A DNA stretch of 64,000 nucleotides from an uncultured Pseudomonadales bacterium (GTDB lineage Bacteria > Patescibacteriota > Microgenomatia > UBA1400 > PJMF01), in assembly GCA_964620965.1 (NCBI GenBank), contig CAZUHV010000002.1:117452-181451 (forward strand), written 5' to 3'. Both the position numbers and the translations under genes were made by a program. Within the stretch, counting starts at the first letter, position 1. Each line of letters begins with the position of its first letter. The notes under the pieces were generated by a model. That model saw only the letters and a program-made list of their open reading frames with translations. It was not told the DNA's origin and ran no database searches. Below, piece after piece: positions 34,515 to 43,644 of the stretch.

Positions 34515-36524
34515 TTATAATTCATGAACTGGTAGAGCAATTCCAGCTGCTTCAAGTTCTAAATCTTTCTTTTTTTGCAGATACAAAAGAACAGTTTTTA
34601 TATAAACCGCATGACTCCACACGAGTGGAGTAGCAGACTCTGATGAGCCTGTATATGGATTCATTTGCTCTGCTAATATTCCTGATGGGTATTTATGACC
34701 GCAAACCCAATCAAATGTTTGCAAAGCAAAATCTAAGTCTTCTTGAGTTACCTGTTTTTTTGATAATCTTCTTTGAGCTTCCCACAAAGTAGTAATAAAC
34801 CAAGGATTTGATTTATCTGTAGATTTAAAGTAATTATCATGTTCGTAGCGAATAATGCCTCCAACAGTTGCTGGATTTGAAAGTCGCTCCATAACCTGTT
34901 TATGTGTGTCTTTAAACAATCCATGATCTTGGTCTAGCATGCCAAAATACCATAAGCCAAACAAAGTGCTTGCATCAACAATCTCCGTTAAAACAACTTT
35001 ACCCTCAACATAATTTGCATTTCTCACAAAAGACTTCAGTTTTGTACTATACAAGTGTTCTAGTGCAGCGTTTTTAATTTTTTTTGCTGCTTCTTTGTAT
35101 TCGCGCATATGGTTTCGCTTATCAAGCAATTCAGAAAAATGAGCTGCCGCCATCAACCCACCATACACACAAGCACAGGTATATGTTGAAACTCCAATTT
35201 TTTCTTCCCAGAGATCATAAGAGGGGAGTGGAAGACCGGTTTCTTCATCAACAAAATGAATCAAAAATTGAGCAATCTTTTCTATGAGTGGTTTATATAA
35301 AGATTCTATAAATTCTAAATCTTTGGTTACTTCATAGTGCTTCCAAAGTGCATGTATTACAGCTGCACTTTCATCTTCTTGAATTGGGAGCTGCAAAATT
35401 TTATCTTTCAGCCATTCACTTTGGGACGTTGTTGAATGCCAAGTAGAACCTAATGCCTTATCTGGCCTAAACCTATGGTGCAGATATCCATCTGGATGTA
35501 AGACATCTTTACAAAAAAGAAAAAATTCCTTTGTGATCTCGTGATACCCAGCTGCATCAAGTGATTCCACGATAAATGCGGCATCTCTTGGCCACATATA
35601 GGAATAGTCATCTTTTCCGAACTCAATCATCTCGCTATCTGCAGATGCAATAACACTACCACCAGTATCAAAATGAGATCTCAACACAAATAGAGAAGTG
35701 TCATACATGCGTTTGTGTTCTTTACTTAAAAGCTTTGTATCTTCGTTTTTAGTACCCAACCAAGCAATCCAGTAACTTTCTGTAGAATGCAACATACCTT
35801 CTGGAGTTTTTCGTAAAACCATATCATTAAGTTCGTATGCTTCTTCTAGTGTCTTTGCTGCAGTAATCCAATAAAATACACGTGATTTTTTCTTTTGTTC
35901 ACAAGACGTACAAAATCGAACAACAGAGTCTACACTCCCATGCTCTACAGCATTTTTTGTGAGATGACCATCTTCAGCATCTTTATACGAACCTTCTTTG
36001 CCTTCATATTGATACGCCCCAACAGTGTAATCATCAATTGCAGTCCCTTGCTCTGTACGCCCATTCACAATGAATACACGCCTGCCTTTATAGTGCACAA
36101 CTGCGTTATGAGTTGGATCGTAAAATGCGGTATTTCTTTTTTTTGTTTCACTAATATGAAAAATTTGATGAAAAAATAGTTTCACATCTATAAATTCATC
36201 TCCATGATTATAAATGTCTACTTGTCTTAAAAAGACATTACTTTCATTGTATACACTGTCTTCCATCACAAGAGAAACATTGAGCTTTTGATTTTTACAA
36301 ACTAAATATCCGACCATTGTTTCTGGTTTATACCCTAGTGATATTTCCCAAGAGCCATCGTCAAGCCAAGAAAAAGTATCGTTAACACTAATGCCTATTT
36401 TATGTTTGTGACCAGCAACATGATTCTCAAGACCTACATAAGGATAATAAAAATCCCTTACAAAACCATACTGGTCTAAACAAACTAATAACGAACCGTT
36501 TCCTAGCGTTAATGCACGTGCCAT
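34515..36524 (-). CDS. glycoside hydrolase family 15 (glucoamylase/glucodextranase-like)
   Basis: DFYYPYVGLENH, YSYMWPRDAA, QEDE, SYDLWEE, RYEHDNY, LAEQ, SATPLVWSHA. Confidence 0.92.
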   Translation of the reverse strand: MARALTLGNGSLLVCLDQYGFVRDFYYPYVGLENHVAGHKHKIGISVNDTFSWLDDGSWEISLGYKPETMVGYLVCKNQKLNVSLVMEDSVYNESNVFLRQVDIYNHGDEFIDVKLFFHQIFHISETKKRNTAFYDPTHNAVVHYKGRRVFIVNGRTEQGTAIDDYTVGAYQYEGKEGSYKDAEDGHLTKNAVEHGSVDSVVRFCTSCEQKKKSRVFYWITAAKTLEEAYELNDMVLRKTPEGMLHSTESYWIAWLGTKNEDTKLLSKEHKRMYDTSLFVLRSHFDTGGSVIASADSEMIEFGKDDYSYMWPRDAAFIVESLDAAGYHEITKEFFLFCKDVLHPDGYLHHRFRPDKALGSTWHSTTSQSEWLKDKILQLPIQEDESAAVIHALWKHYEVTKDLEFIESLYKPLIEKIAQFLIHFVDEETGLPLPSYDLWEEKIGVSTYTCACVYGGLMAAAHFSELLDKRNHMREYKEAAKKIKNAALEHLYSTKLKSFVRNANYVEGKVVLTEIVDASTLFGLWYFGMLDQDHGLFKDTHKQVMERLSNPATVGGIIRYEHDNYFKSTDKSNPWFITTLWEAQRRLSKKQVTQEDLDFALQTFDWVCGHKYPSGILAEQMNPYTGSSESATPLVWSHAVYIKTVLLYLQKKKDLELEAAGIALPVHEL

Positions 36525-36533
36525 ATATTTAGT

Positions 36534-37721
36534 TTAAATCATTCTTTCTTGTAAGTCAGCTAATACTATTGAAAATCGCCTGTATGCCTCATAAGGAGAG
36601 TCATACGGGCTAAAATATGCATGAACGTCTCCATCTGCAGCCCACTTTGTACACATGTAGTAAAAGTGATCGCTTGTCTGTAGTTTGCGCCAATCTGCAA
36701 CTAATTGTTTGTTTTTTTGTAAATGAATCTTTTTTTCAATCTCATACATTTTCTTGAGACTATCTTTTTGTAAGTCATTTGCAATCCACGCAGTTAAATC
36801 TCTATCAACATCTGCCCAAGAAATTGGCTCTGGAACGTCATAGAGAGGTAATTCTTGCTTTGATTGCAAGCTCTCGATTACCATTGTTGGTGTTACAAAC
36901 ACATTCCTTTTTTGTCGTATCGATTGCACTACAAATTCCTTGAAAAATTCGAAGATCCCAGTATCTTCCCACTGGTGTTCTCCAAATGTTTCAAAGTCCA
37001 TAAAGAGATTTATTAAATCAGACCCTTGATACGTCCCGAGCCAATCAAGATAAGTTTCTGAGGTTAGAGGATATGAAATCCAAGATTTTTCTGAAAACCT
37101 AAATGCTATATCATCTGACAACTGGGCATGCTTAAGCAGTAATGGAAGTTTATTTTTTGTTTTTCCAACAAACACTTGAGTTCTCGTTTTACCGTTCAAA
37201 TATCTATCAACAGCTTCTGTAAGACAAGCAATATACCCAAGATCCTCAACTGCTTGTCCAATAGCATTTGAATATATCAACTCAGTATTTCGAAAAACCT
37301 TCGGCGTAACAGAAAATAATTTTTTTACTAATTTGTCATGCTGTTTTACTTGATACTCAAATTCTTCAGGGGAATACAAACTTGCAAGAGAGTGATGGTA
37401 TGTTTCTGCTAATACTTCAACCTGCCCAGTATTTACAAGTTTTTGTAATAATGTAACTACTTTAGGAGCAAATTCTAAAGCTTGTTCTAAAAATACCCCT
37501 GTGGCAGAAAAACTAAAATAAAAATCTTTATTTTTTCTTGCTAAATCAAGCAACAAAGTTAACATTGGAATATATGATTTATGAGCAACTTTTTGGAATA
37601 TTTTTCTATTCAGCTCTTCTTGGCGAGTAAAATACTCTTTTTTCAAACCAATATCAAAAACTGAAACGTCCGCAAGTCTATATGGTTGATGTAACTCTAA
37701 ATAAATACATACATTTGCCAT
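36534..37721 (-). CDS. glycoside hydrolase family 57 (alpha-amylase-like)
   Basis: HQPYRL, ETYHHSL, FRNTELIYS, SDDIAFRFS, FMDFETFGEHQW, SWAD, LQTSDHFYYM; start at 37721 (MANVC). Confidence 0.93.
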   Translation of the reverse strand: MANVCIYLELHQPYRLADVSVFDIGLKKEYFTRQEELNRKIFQKVAHKSYIPMLTLLLDLARKNKDFYFSFSATGVFLEQALEFAPKVVTLLQKLVNTGQVEVLAETYHHSLASLYSPEEFEYQVKQHDKLVKKLFSVTPKVFRNTELIYSNAIGQAVEDLGYIACLTEAVDRYLNGKTRTQVFVGKTKNKLPLLLKHAQLSDDIAFRFSEKSWISYPLTSETYLDWLGTYQGSDLINLFMDFETFGEHQWEDTGIFEFFKEFVVQSIRQKRNVFVTPTMVIESLQSKQELPLYDVPEPISWADVDRDLTAWIANDLQKDSLKKMYEIEKKIHLQKNKQLVADWRKLQTSDHFYYMCTKWAADGDVHAYFSPYDSPYEAYRRFSIVLADLQERMI

Positions 37722-37722
37722 A

Positions 37723-39033
37723 TTACTTTTGACCCAAAAATGCTTTTTTATACACCTCTTGAACTTTTTGAGCACTAGATTTCCAGGTTTGCTTTGCAAG
37801 ATCACTCAGTTGACCTTGTACTTGCCGTTCAGCTAACTCCTTTTGTGAAACTAAATCAACGATAGATTCCGCCATCTTCTTGATATCCCAAAAATCTAAA
37901 GAAATTGCGTGAGGCAAAACTTCGCTTACACCAGCATTTTTAGAAACAATAACTGGGGTATGCCTTTGCGCTGCTTCTAAAGCAACCAATCCGAATGGCT
38001 CAGAAATCGATGGCATCACAAATACATCGGCCCTATTCAGTAATTTTCTTCGTTGCTCATCTCGCACAAAACCACTAAATACTACAGAGGCACTCAAACC
38101 ACCTTCAGCAGTTTTTGATAAAAGCTCATGGTACATATCTCCATTACCAGCAACAACAAATAAAGCATCTGGTATTTTCTTCAAAACTTCATATGCAAGG
38201 TCTAAGAAATAAGAAACCCCCTTTTGAATTGTTAATCTGCCCATAAAAGCAATCACTGGTCGTTTTGGCGCAAAATGATGCACTCCTTTTTCTACGGGAT
38301 ATTGAAGGTCAGAAATACCGTTATGAACAACTGTAATCTTCTTTGGATCAACTCCATATTTTTGCTCAAGCAACTTTTTTGTGTAGTGGCTCACTGCAAT
38401 AACATGATCTGCTTGATTCATACCCATGTATTCGATATTAGCAATGTACTGATTTCCGTCAGAAAGACCCGATCTATCAAACTCTGTTGAGTGAACATGA
38501 GCAATAAGTGGTTTCCCTGTTTCTTTCTTGAGTTGCTGACCTGCAGGAAACGACATCCAATCATGAGCATGAATTACTTCAAAATTTTTGTTTGGGTCTG
38601 AACCAACTTTCCCAACAACTTCTGCATATTCTGTAACCTGTTTTTCAAGCTGATTAGTGGATAGTTTTCTTAACTTATTTAAATCAAAAGAATAGCCTGA
38701 ATTGTCTTGAACTTCTGTTTGCTGACACATTTCAGGAACAATAAAGTCAGAAGAGTAAGCTAAAAATGGAGGCCCTTCCCAATGAGTATGAACACAAAAC
38801 TGGCCTTTTTTTTGACAATTACAGTGAGAATTCTTCCAGTTATCATGAACACAATAATGCATATCCATATGTCCAACAGCGTGTTTTGATTCATATGGCA
38901 ATGAAAAATGAACCTTTGTTTCTTCTTGTGCAAGGGCATGGGTAAGTCCTTCACAAGCGACTCCAAGACCTCCACTATTATGTGGAGGATATTCCCAACC
39001 AATCATGAATACACTCTTTTTATGTTTAGACAT
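37723..39033 (-). CDS. GT4-family glycosyltransferase (glycogen/alpha-glucan synthase-like)
   Basis: GWEYPPHNSGGLG, HAHDW, HSTEFDR, GRLTIQKG, PSISEPFGLVALEA. Confidence 0.92.
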   Translation of the reverse strand: MSKHKKSVFMIGWEYPPHNSGGLGVACEGLTHALAQEETKVHFSLPYESKHAVGHMDMHYCVHDNWKNSHCNCQKKGQFCVHTHWEGPPFLAYSSDFIVPEMCQQTEVQDNSGYSFDLNKLRKLSTNQLEKQVTEYAEVVGKVGSDPNKNFEVIHAHDWMSFPAGQQLKKETGKPLIAHVHSTEFDRSGLSDGNQYIANIEYMGMNQADHVIAVSHYTKKLLEQKYGVDPKKITVVHNGISDLQYPVEKGVHHFAPKRPVIAFMGRLTIQKGVSYFLDLAYEVLKKIPDALFVVAGNGDMYHELLSKTAEGGLSASVVFSGFVRDEQRRKLLNRADVFVMPSISEPFGLVALEAAQRHTPVIVSKNAGVSEVLPHAISLDFWDIKKMAESIVDLVSQKELAERQVQGQLSDLAKQTWKSSAQKVQEVYKKAFLGQK

Positions 39034-39201
39034 ACCTTTACCGTACTTTTGCCTCACAGCAAAATAAAACACCACTCACGTGCTTTATTTAATAGTACCT
39101 TTTTTTCATAGCTTTTTTCAAGCCCAATTTCAGAGGTATATAGAAATTTTTATAACTAATACTAACCTATTGATTTCTGTTTTTTTTAATATATTATTCA
39201 A

Positions 39202-39250
39202 TTGATATTATTTGATATATTATTGATATATTTGATATATTAATATATAA
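39202..39250 (+). repeat. phased TTGATAT direct-repeat array upstream of the sortase-substrate gene
   Basis: TTGATAT at 39202, 39212, 39223 and 39232, plus a degenerate TAATAT at 39241. Confidence 0.55.
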
Positions 39251-39313
39251 TTATGGGACATTAAATGTGCTACCCAGTTAAAACAGCACATAGAAAGAAA
39301 AAAAGAGTAACCT

Positions 39314-40333
39314 ATGAATAAAACAAAACTTTTGTCTTTACTCATGATTGCAACCGGAATCGGTTTAGTCTTAAGTAAACCAATTGGAAACGCAAATGCT
39401 GAAACTGTTTGGCCAACTTCCCTAGCAGATTGTCAAGCAAGATTCCCTGAAGGAATTAGTTTTTGCCACGCAACCCATGCAGAAAACAATCCATATAATT
39501 TCCATTATAGCCAACCTTGTACTGCTGCTTTTGGCAGTGGACATGGTAACAGTGGTCATTTTGAAGAGGATGGTACTCCTGCAGCCGGGCATGAATTTCC
39601 AGAAATAGGAACAGCAGATTACTTTACTGACGACAGATCTTGTGGCCAAGATGAACCAGTTTGTGAAGAAACAGTAACCTGTTCCGATGCTTGTAGAGTA
39701 GAAGATGAAACCATTAGAGGCAACTGTGGACCAATTGTTTGTGAAGCAAATGCTCCAGAGGTTGAAACTTGTCCTTCTGAGTGCGGATATCAAGGTGGTT
39801 TAGTATCAGATGGTGAATGCGGATATATCGAATGCTCAGCTACAGAAAATTGTGAAGAAGAGCCTACTCCTACTCCAACCCCTACACCAGTAAATAATAC
39901 TAAAAATTCATTTTCTACAATTGACCCAAGCTGTGACTCAAATGCAGTAACTGCAATCGAAAAAATTACAGAAAATGGTCAGAATAAAGCAAATGTAAGA
40001 GTTGTGTTTAAATACAACGGTGTTGAAAAAATTGCGTTTACAGACACAAACGGTGAAGCAAAAGTCTCCTTTGACTACACAGGTGATAACTTCGTAGACG
40101 TTATGCCTGATGGCTTTGCTTCCGATGCACACTACATAACCAAAGAAACAAATTGTTCCGAAACTCCAAGTGAAAACGGACAAGTTCTTGGTGCTTCAAC
40201 AGAAGGTCAAGTTTTAGGTGCAACAACCTATGCTGAGACAGGTGTCGCTGAAGATGTTATGATGTCTATACTAGGATTAGCTGGAGCAGGTATGTTCTCT
40301 ACTGGCTTAGTGTTGAATGTCAAAAAGAAGTAA
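39314..40333 (+). CDS. Cys-rich secreted surface protein with sortase-type sorting signal (YAETG)
   Basis: Signal ANA-ET; FCHATHAENNPY motif; many Cys; PTPTPTPTP linker; Ig-like domain; GQVLGA twice; YAETG + hydrophobic stretch + KKK. Confidence 0.85.
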   Translation: MNKTKLLSLLMIATGIGLVLSKPIGNANAETVWPTSLADCQARFPEGISFCHATHAENNPYNFHYSQPCTAAFGSGHGNSGHFEEDGTPAAGHEFPEIGTADYFTDDRSCGQDEPVCEETVTCSDACRVEDETIRGNCGPIVCEANAPEVETCPSECGYQGGLVSDGECGYIECSATENCEEEPTPTPTPTPVNNTKNSFSTIDPSCDSNAVTAIEKITENGQNKANVRVVFKYNGVEKIAFTDTNGEAKVSFDYTGDNFVDVMPDGFASDAHYITKETNCSETPSENGQVLGASTEGQVLGATTYAETGVAEDVMMSILGLAGAGMFSTGLVLNVKKK

Positions 40334-40937
40334 AAAAATCAAAGACAAGAAAATAAATAAAGACGCCCCAACACTACTTTTGCTAGTGGGGGCGTTTTTT
40401 ATGCTTATTTCTGCTGCGCATTGGCATTTGAAATATCAAGCTCTTTCTTTAGATAAACAATTGCTTGAACAATATTCTGAAGCAAAACAGAGTGACACAT
40501 CTGGAATGATACCAACTCATATATTCATTCAATGGTTTATTGACACCTCCATAACTGAACAACTTTTTAATAACGAAAACTGGACAATCTCCGATACGGA
40601 GGCTTCTTACCTTTCTCAGTCAGCAAAGCCTGGAGAAAAAGGAAATATTATCATCTACGGACACAATAAACGATCGATTATGGGAAACATTAGAGCCTTA
40701 AAAGGTAACGAAATCATTATACTAACAACTAAGGATGGATCTGTTCATCAGTACAAAATTGAAAAACTCATCGAAGTAAATCCAAACCAAACTGAATATC
40801 TAGAGCCAACCCAAGAAGAAACCTTAACTTTGTACACATGTTCTGGATTTTTAGATAGCAAAAGATTTATTGTGCAAGCAAAACCAATTGTTACGCCCGT
40901 CGAAAAAACAGAGGACACATCTCAACTTGATCAATAG
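40317..40937 (+). CDS. sortase
   Basis: PGEKGNIIIYGHN (His), LTLYTCSG (Cys), SKRFIVQA (Arg); N-terminal TM. Confidence 0.92.
   Translation: MSKRSKKIKDKKINKDAPTLLLLVGAFFMLISAAHWHLKYQALSLDKQLLEQYSEAKQSDTSGMIPTHIFIQWFIDTSITEQLFNNENWTISDTEASYLSQSAKPGEKGNIIIYGHNKRSIMGNIRALKGNEIIILTTKDGSVHQYKIEKLIEVNPNQTEYLEPTQEETLTLYTCSGFLDSKRFIVQAKPIVTPVEKTEDTSQLDQ
40362..40400 (+). terminator. intrinsic terminator after the sortase substrate, overlapping the sortase 5' coding region
   Basis: GACGCCCC-AA-CACTA-CTTTTGC-TAGTG-GGGGCGTT followed by a T run. Confidence 0.7.
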
Positions 40938-41616
40938 AAGTTTCCCCAATTTTTGTTCTTCGCAAAGAAACAACAGTAGCCCCAACTCCAAGTTCAGTCC
41001 CAATATCATGTGCCAAAGAGCGGATATATGTCCCAGAGCTACATGAAACTTTAAAGCTAAAAGTTAGTTTCTTTTGAGCCTCATTTTTTTCAAAATCTGT
41101 TAATTGCAAATTATAAATTTGTACGGTTCTTTTAGGTAAGTTTTCTAGTATCTCATTTGCCATTTTTTGAGCAGCTTCATTTTTTTTAGCTTCTCTAGCA
41201 ATTTCATAGAGTTTTTTTCCTTGTTTTTTAACAGCAGAGTAAATTGGAACGGCTTGCTGAATTTCTCCAGTAAATTTTAAAAGTGTTTTCTCAAGCTGGT
41301 CTTTTGTTATCTGAACAATATCACTCCAATCTGCAGTTTTAAGAACTGTCCCGTCAATATCATAAGAATCTGTCGTTATACCAAGTTGGGCTGTGCACTC
41401 ATATTCTTTATCTTGTTTAAGATACTGATTTTGAAGTCGTGTATACTTTCGGCCAATCAACAAAATAAGTAATCCTGTCGCCAACGGATCAAGTGTACCT
41501 GTATGTCCAACTTTTTTTATTCCAGATAATTTTCTGGCCCAATTAACAACTCTATGGCTACTAACACCAGTGGGCTTATCAACAAACAGTATTCCTTCTT
41601 GTAAAATCTTTTCCAT
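40891..41616 (-). CDS. truB: tRNA pseudouridine(55) synthase
   Basis: DKPTGVSSH, KVGHTGTLDPLATG, PIYSAVKKQGKKLYEIAR, CSSGTYIRSLAHDIG, LRRT. Confidence 0.96.
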   Translation of the reverse strand: MEKILQEGILFVDKPTGVSSHRVVNWARKLSGIKKVGHTGTLDPLATGLLILLIGRKYTRLQNQYLKQDKEYECTAQLGITTDSYDIDGTVLKTADWSDIVQITKDQLEKTLLKFTGEIQQAVPIYSAVKKQGKKLYEIAREAKKNEAAQKMANEILENLPKRTVQIYNLQLTDFEKNEAQKKLTFSFKVSCSSGTYIRSLAHDIGTELGVGATVVSLRRTKIGETSIDQVEMCPLFFRRA

Positions 41617-41657
41617 CTTGAGCTGCATTATACAGATAGAGTAGACTGACATATAGC

Positions 41658-42635
41658 ATGGATAAGCTTGCCCAAGCACTTACCGGTTCAAAACATAATT
41701 CTGATTCTCCAAGAACAGTTGGAAATCTTGTACATGTTCATAAAAAACACTTAGATACACAACACACAATCCAAGAAATAGCAGCTCTTGCAACTTTAAT
41801 TCGTAAACAAATTATTTTAATGCTTTTAGAAGCAGAAAGTGGTCATAGTGCAGGAGCACTGGGAATGACAGATGTTTTTGCTGCATTATATTTTGGAGTT
41901 CTCAAACATAATCCTTTGAAACCTGACTGGGAAGAACGAGATCGAGTCATCCTTTCTAATGGGCACATCTGTCCTGTTTTGTATGCAACACTCGCTGAAT
42001 GTGGCTACTTTCCAAAATCTGAGTTAAAAACATTAAGAAAATTGGGCTCAAGATTACAAGGCCACCCTCATTTTATGGCAAATCAAAACAACTCTGAGAT
42101 TGAACATCCAGAGAATATTCCTGGATTAGAAAACACTTCAGGACCATTAGGACAAGGATTATCTCAAGCAATTGGCATAGCTACGGCATTAAAACTCAGC
42201 CAAAAACCTAACTACGTCTACTGTTTCATGAGCGATGGAGAATTACAAGAAGGCCAGAACTGGGAAGCCTTTTTGTATGCTGCAAATAAAAAACTTAATA
42301 ACTTAACAGTCCTGATAGATAGAAATGGTATCCAAATTGATGGATATACAGAACAAATACTTCCACTCGAATCTATAATTGAAAAATTTAAAAGCTTTAA
42401 CTGGAATGTCCAAAGCATCAATGGACATAACATTGAAAACATTATTGAAGCTTTACAAACAACAAAAAATTATAGACTTGGACCAAGCATTATCATTTGC
42501 CAGACGATACCTGGAAAAGACGTAGATTTTATGGAGAACCTTCCAGAATGGCATGGAAAACCTCCAAACAAAAAACAATCGAAAGATGCACTGGATGATT
42601 TAAGGAGTCTTAAAGGAAGAATTTGGTGGGAATAA
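41658..42635 (+). CDS. transketolase, N-terminal (ThDP-binding) subunit
   Basis: SGHSAG, RDRVILSNGH, LQGHP, SGPLGQG, SDGELQEGQNWEA, WHG. Confidence 0.94.
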   Translation: MDKLAQALTGSKHNSDSPRTVGNLVHVHKKHLDTQHTIQEIAALATLIRKQIILMLLEAESGHSAGALGMTDVFAALYFGVLKHNPLKPDWEERDRVILSNGHICPVLYATLAECGYFPKSELKTLRKLGSRLQGHPHFMANQNNSEIEHPENIPGLENTSGPLGQGLSQAIGIATALKLSQKPNYVYCFMSDGELQEGQNWEAFLYAANKKLNNLTVLIDRNGIQIDGYTEQILPLESIIEKFKSFNWNVQSINGHNIENIIEALQTTKNYRLGPSIIICQTIPGKDVDFMENLPEWHGKPPNKKQSKDALDDLRSLKGRIWWE

Positions 42636-42651
42636 ATAACCAAAAAAAAGT

Positions 42652-43644
42652 ATGGAAAAAAAACTCGGCACTACTAGAGATGGATTCGGAAAAGCACTTG
42701 TTGAAATAGGTACTCAAAATGTGCAAGCCGTTGTGTTGTGTGCTGATCTAACTGAATCAATGAGAGCTCATTGGTTTAAAAAAGAATTCCCAGATAGATT
42801 TTTAGAAATGGGAGTACAAGAAGAAAACATGGTTGGAGTGGCTACTGGGCTCTCACTTGAAAATAAGATTCCTTTTGCTTGTAGTTACTCTGTTTTTTTA
42901 GTAAATAATGCACTTGGCCCTATTAGGGCAAGTGTTTGCTATACAAATGCAAATGTCAAACTAATTGGTGGACACGCTGGTATCACCACCGGAGAAGATG
43001 GCGCGACTCATCAAGCTCTTGAAGATATTGCCACGATGCGTGTTCTGCCCAACATGACAGTTATAGTCCCCGCAGATCAAGAGGAGTCGCGCCAAGCTAC
43101 ACATGCAATCTTAAAACATGTTGGACCGTGTTATTTACGAGTTGGAAAATTTAAAACTCCAATCATTACCTCAAATCACGAAGAGCCGTTCAAAATCGGG
43201 AAGGCAAGAGTACTTCGTGAAGGAAGCGACATCACAATTATTACTTGTGGAAACTTGGTTCATATTGCACTTGAAGTTGCTGAAATACTTTGTCAAGGAA
43301 AAAATGGAGAGCCAGACATTTGCGTTGAAGTGATTAACATGCATACAATTAAACCAATTGATACAAAAGCTATCTTAAGCTCTCTTGAAAAAACACATGC
43401 TCTTATAACCTTTGAAGAGCACCAAGTACATGGCGGATTAGGTTCAGCAGTTCTGGAAGTAGTCGCTACTGAAAATCCAAACTTATTAGTAACTCCTGCA
43501 ATCGCAATGGGTATCAAAGATACGTTTGGCCAATCTGGAAAAGATCAAGAACTCCTCAAACACTACGACCTAAACCACGACTCACTTGAAAAGGCTATCA
43601 AAAAAGTAGTAAGCTTAAAACAGAAAAAAAACTATGAAAGATAA
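42652..43644 (+). CDS. transketolase, C-terminal subunit
   Basis: CADL, MGVQEENM, GEDGATHQALED, EEHQVHGGLGS, DTFGQSG. Confidence 0.94.
   Translation: MEKKLGTTRDGFGKALVEIGTQNVQAVVLCADLTESMRAHWFKKEFPDRFLEMGVQEENMVGVATGLSLENKIPFACSYSVFLVNNALGPIRASVCYTNANVKLIGGHAGITTGEDGATHQALEDIATMRVLPNMTVIVPADQEESRQATHAILKHVGPCYLRVGKFKTPIITSNHEEPFKIGKARVLREGSDITIITCGNLVHIALEVAEILCQGKNGEPDICVEVINMHTIKPIDTKAILSSLEKTHALITFEEHQVHGGLGSAVLEVVATENPNLLVTPAIAMGIKDTFGQSGKDQELLKHYDLNHDSLEKAIKKVVSLKQKKNYER

Noticed and set aside
37722-37805. Longer starts given for GH57 (37805), GT4 (39075), truB (41679) and the DUF5655-like gene (4714)
   Set aside because: Three of these extensions overlap neighbouring genes and the GT4 one precedes the family N-terminus; downstream ATGs match the family starts.
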